A stretch of DNA of 64,000 nucleotides. Origin: Phoronis australis. Lineage: Eukaryota > Animalia > Phoronida. The translations under genes were made by a program, and so were the position numbers. Below the pieces are notes generated by a model. It saw nothing but the letters and a program-made list of their open reading frames with translations, had not been told where the DNA came from and searched no databases. The stretch spans positions 182,204-246,203 of the forward strand of contig NMRA01000091.1 of NCBI GenBank assembly GCA_002633005.1. Reading direction: 5' to 3'. Shown in pieces: positions 41,132-53,277 of this stretch; the first letter of the stretch is position 1, and every line of letters begins with the position of its first letter.

Positions 41132-41529
41132 TTAACGACACTTTCACTAACGAACGTCTACCTTAAGTTTCAAAAGCTTTCAATTTCTATTTAAAAAGAT
41201 TCTTGCCAAACTATTTTTGAGCGAATATTGTCGCTTTTAACGGCATGTTGCTTGGGAACTGGTGAGTCGACTCGGGGACGAGACGATCTCACCAGCTGCC
41301 TACTGGTGATTGCAATAATGACGCTGTCGTGAAAAGGTGAGTTCTGACTACGTTCTTTTGCAGCACCCCTGTGTTGACAATGCGTTTAGCTGCAGTGAAT
41401 CGCGAAATGCCGATACGGTTGCATGCGCGTATATTAACACGTCTGGCATTCTCATAAGCAGCGCTATTAACGCAATTCTGTTCTAACGATAAGTGCCCGA
41501 ATATTATAAGCACATCTGGTAAAGTCACC

Positions 41530-41704
41530 GAACTTGTTTTCAGCGGCAGTTTGCGATTTGTAGTACAATACCCAAGAACTCAACGGATTTAGTTATTTTA
41601 TAGCTCTGGTCAAACTTGATAAGTTCACGAAATTCGATGTATCCCATCCAACAATGATCAATAAAACGCGTTTTTCGGCCGTAAAATCGACAATGTCCCT
41701 ATAA
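41530..41704 (+). mobile_element. 3' part of a TTAA-type element (partner 34775-34955)
   Basis: See the partner copy. Confidence 0.6.
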
Positions 41705-42199
41705 TGAGAAAAGGGAGCTGTAATGAGAACGCACGTGCGGATTGTAACTCAGAGCGTAAGATTGACTGTCCTATTTGGACGTTTTGACGGTACAACGAAA
41801 ACACAATAAAATTCATGCGGTTCCTTCATCAATGCAACGGCTAAACCCTCATCTTTGGCTCCATGGCAATCTCATGAACTTCTCACGTCATCGTTCATCT
41901 GCTGGACTGGCCAAGGAATACATTGGTACAAATGAATGCGAAAATAGAAATTGGGGGAGTGTTGCATATTTGTGGCAATTTGAAGCTGCGTTTCGCCCTG
42001 TTTAGCTGGATTAAAATTAAAATGAAATTCGGCCTTTTCTCATAAATTTGGCTTCGTAGTATTCCTTACTGTGATAGGATTCTATTCCGTGGTTTTTAAC
42101 TCAAGTCGCAGGCAGTGCGTACATGCGACATTTTCGAATTCGCAGTTTTCAGGCTGTCAACCCCATAATTCTGAAGTGTTTTTTGGGTCTCTGATGCTT

Positions 42200-42258
42200 T
42201 CGATGACCTTGTTAGTAACGAAAATAGAATCCTGTCACGGTAAGGATAATTGTGAAGC
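42200..42258 (+). repeat. Dispersed repeat fragment (partner 9689-9748)
   Basis: See the partner copy. Confidence 0.8.
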
Positions 42259-43180
42259 CGATGAGAGCAAAAGTCATAAGTCGATTTTCGTTTTACTATC
42301 GTGCTAGTAAACAGAGTGAAATGTGTCGTTTATTACGTGACAAGTAGATTTCTATGTAGTCATGCGATTTTCACCATCATTTCCTGTCCACGGAAGGATT
42401 TTTTGTTGAAAATTCTTGTCATTTTGGAATACGTCTTTAATGAGCAAAACGGTGTTGACAAGCTGACAAGTCAGAACACGTGTACCGTTTCTAGGTCATT
42501 CTGCTGAACAAAGCATTGACCTCGTTATTAATATGTTCACGCCAAGGGCGCCCTCGATTAAATAAACAAAGGAAAAGTAATTCGATTGGACTTTTCTCCT
42601 ACCTTCAAAAACACAAGGCGGGTGAACCCTGCATGTTTTCATCTGTTTGTTTCGTAGTGCACACTTGTTTCGCCACTGGAGGACCGCAGGACCACAATTG
42701 TAGTGACCTCGTTCATTATTTACACCTTCAATAACAGTAATATGTTTCACTTGTTTCGCGTAGGACGTGCAGATCGAGTAGTCGTATATAAGAGGTCACA
42801 CCGTGAAAGCTTAGATATTTAAAGCATCGTACCTAGGGACTTAACAACAAGCTGACTCTTGATTAGTAAATCGACGCACGGTAAGGATTTTTTTATCTAA
42901 ATAGCCTTATGTTTTGTGAAATGGTTTAATCCATTTTTCATGCGAAACGCTCATATAAAGGTCACTTGAGAAAGTTCGAAGAAGGATCGTTTTATTTAGG
43001 GGCGTCTGAGCATTTTTGACTTACGGGGTTGCTCTGACTGACGTCGTTATTCGTCTGCGGTGATCTGAAGTCACTGTCCTTTCATAAAAACCCTCGTTCC
43101 GTTGAAGAAGTGGACTGTGCTTTAAAATTGACCTTACTCAGATGAGAAGTGACTTCTGGGCTTGCGAAGAGGTGACAGTC

Positions 43181-44163
43181 GGGTAGTTCTAAACCCCCTC
43201 GACCCCCACACCCCACGACCCCCTCGACCCACAACCCCCACTCGACCCCCTCGACCCACAACCACCTTGACCAAAAGCCGGGTTCGGCACAGTCAGGTTA
43301 TATTGACTCACCTTCGGCTTCGTTGGATCTGTGCAGCTGTACAAACCGGCACAACTGGCAGCAGCTAGACGGCCACTCATTTCAAACGCACCATAAACAA
43401 GGCGTAGGTAATCGAACCAGGAACAACGCACCTTTTCTGAGAGAAACGGCAGAGGCCTTCTTCCGAAGCACCGAAAACAGGCCGATGCTCCTTTCGTCCC
43501 TTAGCAACACAACAATGCCGCATCAGATCGGCACTACAACTGGCCGGGAAAGTTGGCACGCGAGCTGCCACGCGCCCTGTCTGCACGAGACCTGCTGTGG
43601 GGAGCCAGAGTACACTAATGTGTTCATCCGCTGCAACAACTCACAATTCGAATTTATTACATCAAGACAAGGGCTGTGCAGCACTGATTAAGTGGCAGCC
43701 TCCTATGGTGCGCCGCCCATGCAAGATTATTTTTCAAAAGGGGTAAAATACATTAAATGTCTTTAACGACAGTCCCATGCCTGACACTGAGTAATTACAA
43801 TAGACAAAATCGGTGACAATGAAGCATGAATCAAGATGAAATGCCCAACGTTCAACTGAGAATTACACTGATTTTATCTCAGACAACACTTCAGCAGTTG
43901 TTCGGAACTTTTTCGTAAAAGTCTTCGATTTTCTTACGTGAATGGGCTTTTCTTTTGCTTTTATTTTCGCAAAAATCTGCGATCATCGACCTCTCTGTTC
44001 CACCACGTCTTCACAGGAAAGTTACTCAGCTGCGTAATAAGAATATGAAAGTTGTAATAAGCGCTAAAATACATCTATTGCCACATGTCTTGGGTTGAGG
44101 GGGTCGTGAGTCGTGGGTCTTGGGTTGAGGAGATTGTGGGTCGGGGGGCTTTTAGAACAATCC
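43181..44163. mobile_element. Non-autonomous MULE/MuDR-like element (983 bp) with perfect 9-bp TSD
   Basis: TSD GTGACAGTC at 43172-43180 and 44164-44172. Termini GGGTAGTTCTAAA / TTTAGAACAATCC. The ~80-bp TIRs are built from CGACCC(C/A)C subrepeats. G-starting TIRs with a 9-bp TSD fit the Mutator superfamily (Merlin is the alternative). Confidence 0.85.
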
Positions 44164-46198
44164 GTGACAGTCCCCTCATCCTTGAAACCAATGATCAGCG
44201 CATTGAATTGACTCGCCGTGACACGTCAGGTCTCATGCAATTGGACGAGCTGTCAGTTCTTTCGAAGTACGAACTCCTGAAATGACCTCATGCTTCACCC
44301 AGGATTAATTTGAGACCAAGTCCATAACTGTAAGTGATCTGAATCAAATGTTTTTGTGATGGAAGGAGGCTCTATATCCGCGTTAACCTGTGTTGCTTTT
44401 CACGCGCGCCAGACATTTGTTGCGAGCTTCAGGTGGATTTAGCTTTCAGAAAATATCCTGTGTGAAATAGTGACTCACGACAAAATGTTTCAAATCTAGC
44501 AAACTTTCACAGGCTAGTAGGCCTAATATGTGTGTTGGATGTTGCCAGTCTGCGTGGTCTTGAAGAGTAACTTAGTTGATCGGGCACTGTCGTTCACTAC
44601 ACGGGTGTGAAAAAGCTTAACCGGGACATGTTAGTTACGTCACCACCGCTCTCGCAGAGCTCTGTCGTATTTAATATTAAATCGTCACATTTCTGAAATA
44701 CAATCTGTTGGCTAACACCTGCAAACAAAATTTCTTGCCTTTCATTAAAACTGATATCAGTTGCGACATGTGACTTGACCCGTGTTGTAACTGGATAGTT
44801 GCTGTTTAGAATTCCTCGAATCTGTGGCATCTTGTTGGATTTTTGTCTCGCCTCATAAAAGTGTACAATTTTTCTGGGAACTGTTTTAAAAAGGATCAAA
44901 AGGATGAGCGACGATGATTTTCTTTAACGCTTGGAGTTAATTGGAAGTCAAGTTAATTTCGGCTTCTGGTTTCACGTAGAAAATCAAATAAATTGAGACA
45001 CGAACTGTTTCGGGAGTGCAGTGCCATCTGTAGTCACTGATGTCTTCATCTCAATCGGGTGTACTTTTGCGTCTTTTACCGTTCATTGCTCCTAACAATG
45101 AACGAGTGGGTTACTAAGTAACATTGTGTGCGTTATTGTCTAACTTAACTAATCAAGAAGTGTTTCCGAAGAACACGTCCACTAAAATTTCTCATGTGTT
45201 GCAATAGTCTTGCGTCTTGTCAGTACGACTTGGTTTTATGGTCCGTCTTGGATCATTGTATAGATAGATCTACACGTTTGATATGAAAGACGGTTTGTGT
45301 CGACAACACTATATTTATTTGCTAATAAATTTGTTCTTTTGACAATGAATTGAATATTTCTGCTGCCGGCTGTGTCTTTGCCAACACATTGCAAACCTGG
45401 TAAATAAGCAAACGGACAAATGAGTATTAGCTTTTAGAATTGAATGTTGCATATGAGCCAAGACTCCTGCAGGTGAGCATAGACGTTCTCAGTGTCTGGT
45501 TATGAGCATAATGATTGTTTTCGTGAGACTTAAAGAGGCGTTTCGCCGTTCTGTTGCGTGTAGTGTTGAATTCTTAATTAACCGAAGCGCTTTGAGGTTG
45601 TAAAACGTCACCACCTTCCTGATTCGATGTTGAATTCAGATTCGCTTTTCGAATTCTCAGTTTTAGATTTGGCCAACCCCAATAAACTGTGCAGTGTTTT
45701 CTTGAGTCGCTGATGACATTGGTCTTTAAAAATGGCGACGTTCCTGCTGGTTACATAAATCTAGTTCTGTTGTGATAAGGAATGTTATGAGACCGAGCTT
45801 AAATGGTTTATTCGTTTTTTTTCGTGTTTTTGCTTCTAAATACTCAGGAAATGCAGTATTAAGTGTGGGGCTGCCAATCGGCGCATGAGTTTCGGTACCT
45901 ATTTCCTTCTATTCTTCCTTTACGAATGGTCAAAAACAGGCATACTGAATTTTGGTTTTGATGTACGAATTCCCGCTGAACATCGCAGAACGCGGGTGGG
46001 TATAAAGTATTCAGTTTTACACCATTCTCCATGATCGCCATGACGTGCCTATGCATAGCTATGTCAAAATGTGAATGTTCCTTCTTTTGGGGTTTGTGTT
46101 AAGTATATATTTATGTCTTTTGTCTGTGTTATTCATCTTACAAACGAAATCTGCAATTATGCGTTACAGTAGTTCTGCTGTTTTCGAGTGGCATCAAC

Positions 46199-46482
46199 GT
46201 AAAAAGTAAGAGACTAATCGCTGAGGTGACCACAACTGAGATTTTCCGCAAACAGTCCCCTCCCCACCCATGTATAGACCCTGGGCCTAAAAGATGATTG
46301 CAGGCGGTCTGGTAAACGTTGCACCAGACGTGCGCAGGCCGCTCAGGTGCGCTGATCACCTGGAACCATTTTATGCTTTATTAAGCCGACCTGACTCGAG
46401 GTCTAGCAGTGTGCCCCTGTAGGATTCGAACCCACGACCTTGAGTAACGGAAGTGGACACTTATCCCACTAGGCCACACTGC
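46199..46482 (-). mobile_element. tRNA-derived SINE (tRNA-Arg-like head)
   Basis: Minus strand reads GCAGTGTGGCCTAGTGGGATAAG..CTTCCGTT..GGTCGTGGGTTCGAATCCTAC. A box TGGCCTAGTGG, B box GGTTCGAATCC and the T stem are intact; acceptor and anticodon stems are broken. A ~210-bp body ends in CTTACTTTTTAC. Confidence 0.8.
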
Positions 46483-48204
46483 GCATGCCTGCGAAGCCCC
46501 TGGGCCTCTAATCGGAACCACTTCTCTATGCAATGAGGTTTCCCAAAAGCAACAGTGTCAATGAGTGTGAACGGAAAAACGAATTCCTGAAAACCGGACT
46601 GTTTAATTTCTTAATTTCTGCACGTTTTTTACTTTTTTCTAAGTGTAGGCCTACTATGCGTATCATTGGTACACATTGTCCCCAGTCTACGTCGATGTCG
46701 CTGCTTCTCGGTAACCACGGAACTTAAACTTCGAAAGGGTCCCGCAAATTCTTCCGTTCGTACCTTGCCCATGGAGGACTTGGGAGTTGTGTGTTCTTGG
46801 TGTGTTTCTGTAGCTGAACAGATGAAATGAAACTGAGAAGATCAGTCTCTGAAGACCGTGAACACACAAGAGTCCGACTACACTTCCTATGAATAATTGT
46901 TTCATTCTCTATCACAGTGCGTGTATATAAAAACGCTGTGAAACACGTAATTCTTACTCTTGTTTACAGACAGCTACACTAGTCTATCTAGACGCACCGT
47001 TTCAGACCTGGCAGATTCATTTGCATCTAAAAATATTTGTATTGGCATATTCGATGACACATTTTCCGTTTATATGACCCTTTTTCGAATACATGATTAG
47101 GCCTAGATGTTGCTTTGTCATTTTCTGAACTTACACCCGGTTGTTTAATATTGGAATATGCCGGTATGTGCACTGATTTGGAGTGCCAGCCTTCGTCTCT
47201 GAGTTAATTCAGTAGCGTCATCTTTAAGACGACGCGCAAGTCATTAGAGATTGGAATCGGCTAGACCCTACCAAGGAATTGATCTTATAACTTCGTAACG
47301 TGGTTCCGGCATAAACTGAGTTGCAGGAGTGCTCATGAGTTAGTGTTCATGTTCAATTGACCAAATCTGTGTTTATTGGTCGAGGCTAATGGCGTTATTA
47401 TGTTATTTATCACACACCTGTTGATACTATATGCAGGTGGACCTCAACGTTAATTGCACTAGGTAGTGCCTGTTCACTGCAATTTTCTGTGCGAGTCAAT
47501 TTCGGGTATTTTTGTTATGGCCAACATTCGCCCATTCTAGACACCAAGACTATTTCGCGTAAAAAAACTGTGTAGAAATTGGTCTTACGTGCAAAGTTAG
47601 ATTGTGCTTGTAAGAAATCTTACGAAATTCTTCCGTTTCACGGTTGTTACCGAAACTGAAATTCCGATACCGAGTGACTGGCTAAAACTAGAACAAAACA
47701 GGGTTATTGTTTTGCACTATTTTGGTGAAACCCTTCATTTCTGCTTGGCCTGTTCGCAAATTGGTAAAAAACATACAATTATGTTACAATTTTTAAGTGG
47801 CGCAGATGTTGGGATAAGAATGGTTACGATCACCGTGACACTTTGATTTTATTATGGTAAACCTGTGCACACTATTGTATATCTGATACCGTTTATTCAA
47901 AAACAAGCAACATGCAATGATAACAAAAAACGCCACAAGATGGCTTGAAATATGTCAAATTCGTCTGAAAATGGAATGGCTATGTAATAAAAATCTAAGT
48001 TTCATGAGAATCAACAACACGGACATACGAGACTGACATGGCCTATGATTGAATTTCGCATTTATAGTACCAATAAGCGCAACTGTTCTGGGTACTTATC
48101 TTTCTTACGAATGTTATATCTATTACTGTTTGAATTAATTGTTCTTGTCATCATAATAAATAAATACAATACAATACAAAATAGAGGAAAACGTAACAAA
48201 ATAA

Positions 48205-48399
48205 AATAAATTACCACTAGGGGGCACAGCGGTAGTCGATTAGGGTCGAAATTCGTCGTGTGTTGTCAGCTTCATAGGAACACTTGTGCAAAGTTTCAAG
48301 AAGATTTTGCAAGAGGTTTAGGAGACACAACAGCGGACGACAGACGCTCAGGCAGTGATGATGACAACAGCAACCAACAAATATGTGGGCGCATAAAAA
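48205..48399 (-). mobile_element. Helentron/HINE-like repeat fragment
   Basis: Minus strand begins TTTTTATGCGCCCACATATT, then CGTCTGTCGTCCG, TTCTTGAAACTTTGCACA and GTGCCCCCTAGTGG. This layout is typical of invertebrate HINE-type repeats. Confidence 0.55.
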
Positions 48400-49929
48400 T
48401 CTCGAGTAGTCACTGAATACATATTTTTCTAGGGCAAGTTGCAGGAGGTAAGATAAAATTTGAAATGCTCAAGTTTGAACACAAATCAGATATTGTAAAG
48501 ATCAGACCAAATGGACTAGTTTTTGAGGTCTGCTCCAAGTTCAAATGTTAGTAGAGACTGTGTTCAACACTAAGATCACTTCACTTTAAATTCTTTGCTT
48601 AATTCATAATGCCGTGGTTCAACTAGCGACATTATCAATGTCAACTCGACCAATCATTGGTTTAATGCATGCAAACACTTGACATCACGGCATCGAATTT
48701 TTGGTTAACTTCGTCTGTGATATGAAATAAAAGGATGCGAGATCGCGAACGGATAATTGATGAAATATGTAATAATCTCTGTGATACAATGTACAAAAGA
48801 AGACACACGTCCTGTTGCATATTTAAGCAGGCGTGAAGGCGTGTGTAGACGGTGGTCGCTATGGAATTCCATGCTTGACGGTTGTTAGCGCGTCCTGGTT
48901 TTACACGCTATCGTATGCGTCGTGAACTTGATTTAGGTCCTGTTTGAGGCAGTGGAATCCGCTATACTGTTGCTGTCTTGGTGACATATAGTGAGGTAGC
49001 TGACATAAAGAAACGGCTCCAAAGAAGAAACCCGAGATTGAGGCGGAAAGGCCTGTCTGTGGTGAGAGATAAAGCACCACATGGGACTAAGACTGCTGTC
49101 AATCTGTTTGGCACCCTTTTTGTACCAGTCATGAAAAACTGATGCCCTGAAAAATATCCAGCTAACCGGGACGAACTGAGAATTCATCGTCTTTATGTCA
49201 GATTATAAGTCTACTGTTGTTGATTTTGTGGGTTTGTTGGATTTTGAATTCAGTTACTGATTTGTGCCACTGCCCATGGGATGCATAATTACAATAAATA
49301 ACGACATCACAATCTGTGTCTTATGTCAGAAGCTTAGAGCCGGAGCATTCCAAACTACCAGACTAGAGAAATGCTACATAAGCCTACATCTACAAATAGG
49401 TAACGCTTTACGTGAAGTGCTCCTGCAAAACTGTTTTACCCGCCACAGCCTTTGGGAAACGTTGATTTTTACCTTATCAAATTGTATGCGGAACTTGTGA
49501 AGTCCGATTCTAATCCATTGTGTATTGTAACCAGTCCACTGGCGTAGCAGAAGATACCGTTAGGCAAAGGTGCCACTCTTCTGTTCGGTGGAAAAGCAGT
49601 CACCAGGTGGCGAGACCGTCTCGTCCATTAGTCGGCTTACCTAGAACTGCTGAACAACATGCCGTGGAAATCGACGATATTTCATGAATCTGCTTTAAAA
49701 TAGATAGGCAAAGAGATGATTTACGAGAAATGAAAGCAGATGCTTGGCTTTTCTTTTGGTGCCCGCTTTTACTTGATAATAACATGTTTTTGTCTGATAT
49801 TGCCGCATCTAGTTACATGTACATGCATGTTGGGGTAATCTGACCGGACCTAAGTAAGATAATGCGCTAGTGTTGACTTACGAAGTAAATGAACGGAAAA
49901 GTGCAAAAATGTTACTTTTTGTTTTTTCG

Positions 49930-50120
49930 GATAAAAGCGTAAAACGAAAACGACATGGTAGTTTAGAAAACTGTGACTGCTTTTTGCGACTTCACCTTGG
50001 ACATTTCTATAGAACAAAATTTTAGTTATGTTGTTATTACCGTTGTTTTGCTAAGAATGTACCTTTCTTCTTCGCTAAATTTTATTGAAACCACATGGTC
50101 ACGTGGTCCAATTGACGGTA
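49930..50120 (+). repeat. Old interspersed repeat, copy 3 (partners 10200-10390, 18260-18420)
   Basis: CGTAAAACGAAAACGAC..TTTAGAAAACTGTGAC...AATGTACCTTTC...CATGGTCACGTGG. Confidence 0.7.
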
Positions 50121-53118
50121 TATTCGTATAAAGTTAAAGATCAAATTCTGCAGGCTTTCTACTTTGAAAAAATATACTTTCGCCGATTTGAAATCTGTAT
50201 TTTTGTAGATATTCATCTTAATACACGGGCTTGTCGCTCAGTTCTAGTTAACCTTATCTCAGCGCATCAAAAATCTCTTAAAAAATCCGTCTCCTGTGTG
50301 AGCTTGATTATTACCGCTCACCACCAAACGAGTATTCGACATTGAAGAAATGTTTCTCTTACACCAAGGCCACACAGAAAGTGGTTGTTAGTCGATTTCA
50401 ATTCCTTGGCTGTAATTGTGTCAAAGCGTACAGATGTTGCATTGTATCTGTTAGATAGTCTTCGTGGATAGTATATATTGGGAATTTCCAACCACTGGTT
50501 TCTTATAACGCGTGTGCTGGAAGCTTGGTGCTAGAACTGACGTCGGCAAGTGCATTTTCACTTTCTGTGGATGCATAAAAACCGCTGTCAGCGTGTAAGT
50601 ATAGTGTGTTGGGGCTATGTCTTTTTTAGACAACATTCCTTGTGTAGTGTACATTGTTGAAAACAACATATAATTTGTAGATCCGGTTTTTGTTTTTGTA
50701 ACTGAAGTAGTTTTTCGATAATTTACTGTGTATTCGAGTGTTTGCTGGTGACGTCTCTGCCACTATTATTGCGGGGTTTGGACACGCAGATAGGAATAGA
50801 AATGCACGGTCTCGTCACATTTTCAACAATTTCACAGGTATTGGATTTTTTTACCTTTCAAATAACCACAGGGATACTGTTAGCACTTGAAACTTTTCCA
50901 AGGGTTATGCGTTATGTATGTCGTCTATGAGACAATTTATAACGTGCTTAACAGAGACGTTTTAGGCAAATGGTTGGGAGAGCAAGGATGTTATTTTAAC
51001 TTAACAATCACATCGGTTGCCTGTGTTATAACAACAAGCGATAAAACACATGAAAGAAACATAAAAATGAAAAACTTCCGAATGTAGTTGTTTCAGCGTT
51101 ATCATAATGACTGCTAGCAAGCGAACTGTACGTTTGTTTGTGGTCTCCATTCTAACTAAATTAATTGTGCTATTGCATTGTTTATGCATGTGTATTAGAA
51201 TGAAAGCGTATTGTTAATACATTTATTTTATTGACATGATCTGCGTGACGCCTTCATTAAATTTTTACCTGTTAGGAATCGAAAACAAAGTGTTAGGTTT
51301 CACAATTGTGAAATTGTTTCTGTAATTTCTTCTATTTCTGTCCTGTAATCAATAAATCAAAATAGCATTCGTCGAAATGATCTGACGTGAACTAACGACC
51401 AGTGTACAGTGGGCGTAGCCAAGGGGGACAGGCCACAGCTGGTCAGTGCCCATCCCTTTTTCTTCATGGCAAAAAGCATCCCACGGTCGAAACTCATTTT
51501 AACTTTGTGTTTGCCCCCTCCTCTTGTTCATGACAAAGTGCCGCACTTTGCTGCTTATTCTCTCGATCTAAATTTCGAGTTCACCACCCCCCTCCCCCTT
51601 GTCATTTGAATGCTACTGTGACTTAGGGTTGGGGAATAGGGAGAAGTTGGCTCACAAATGTTATCTTTAGAAGTTTTTTACTTTTTTATTGTCACATTTA
51701 CATTCAACATAACATGTGGGTTAAAATGCAATGTTCGCGGTTAGCGAAGGCTACATGTACGTCAAAACAGCGCGAATTGTAATTTATTGGATTTTTGTTT
51801 CGAGACATGTGATTGCCTGGTTGGCATTTTTTTCAGAAAAGTTGCTTAATTCGCCTCTATTCCATAGGTGTTCCTTGGCATTGAGGACGTATACCTTATC
51901 TTTTGTCACGTCCAATTCAATGACGATTTTGCGTTCTATTTTAAAAAAGCCGATGTTCCCCAGTAGTTCTGTGTTCTCTCTAATTTACGTAGTGTTTCAG
52001 ACACTTGTTGCGCTGAGAATCGATGATTGTTAATGTCATACTGTTTTTACGCATTGTGCCCATCTTTCAGCATTTGGCTGTTGCAGTCATGATCTTCGAA
52101 ACTAAAGTTTCGTCTCCGTTGGCTAGGGGTCAACGGGAGTCACGTTTAGTGGAAGTCTCCCGCCGAAGAGTGCTCGAATGACAACATCAACTTGAGATGT
52201 TGTTTTGCTTGATTTTTCTTCAAAGTTATAATTTGGTGGGAGTCGTGGCGATGATTTTTTTTGATAAGACGGCATATAGTGAAGCGGCGCAGCAGGATTT
52301 ATCTAATCTAGTAATCACTAACACGCACTAAATATCAATTACTGTTCCCACGTTACGGTTGTTTTGGTTGTATTCTTTTAATATTGAGATCTACGTGGAG
52401 TGGTTTTATTAATACTTGTAATCCGGTAAACTGAGCCTCGGATTAAGATTTCGTGTGGTTGTCATTTAATTGCTTTGTCGTACTTAAATGAATGTTGAAA
52501 AGTATATTTGGTTCAGTGACTGTTTTTCAAAAAAAGCGTATAGTGCTCACAATGTCGAGAAATCGATTCATAACGCAGCCAATTAGGACTTCCTTTTCCT
52601 GTTATTAGATGAATGATTAGTACAAAAATAGTGCGCCAGAAAGTCCCGTTAGTTGTTTGTTGTACGTTCTTGTGTGTCTACTTATTCCGTTTGAAAAACG
52701 CAGCGAGCTAGTGTTCTAGCTAACACCGTAGCTCGAACAGTTCTGTTGGCTTCGCAACCCGTCGTTCCCACATGCACGAGATATACCTGGAAATCTTGTA
52801 AATTGGCCATATTTTTGTTCCAGGAAAATTGTCACGTGTTCACTATAGCGGCTAAAACTCCAAGTTCCATCGAGGGTACTGTTATTTAGACCGCTTACCG
52901 CCATGAAATTGGTCTCAACTTGACGTTCCTTATTTAGGTGAGAAGTAATTTAAAGTGATTTCTGGTCTCGCAAAGAACTGATTGTTCGTTATTACTCGAG
53001 ACCATGCTCGACGATTAAAATGACACGCCGTGACAAGTCAACTTGTAGAGACTGGTCTCAACCAATAGCGAACTGACAATTCTTTCCTAGTGCAGAAGTC
53101 ACATATATATTGACGAAG

Positions 53119-53277
53119 GAATAATTTGAAATCAATTGACACAGGGAAATTCATTTTTTCCATCCAAAAAAGGTATGCACTGAGGAAGATGTCAGGAAGG
53201 GCAGATGTCGAAAATTTCTGCAGTCATTTACCACTTTTTGGATGGGAAAATGAAATTCCTTGTGTCAGTTGTTATTC
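53119..53277. mobile_element. Short palindromic MITE-like hairpin
   Basis: CAATTGACACAGGGAAATTCATTTTTTCCATCCAAAAA (from 53133) is inverted as TTTTTGGATGGGAAAATGAAATTCCTTGTGTCAGTTG (to 53271). Outer GAATAA/TTATTC also pair. Confidence 0.8.

Noticed and set aside
43323-43691. Faint resemblance to a Penelope GIY-YIG C-terminus (GHSF...EAFF...NR)
   Set aside because: Too few residues match to support a call without a search.
46412-46482. Functional tRNA gene
   Set aside because: Acceptor and anticodon stems do not pair, and it continues into a SINE-like body.
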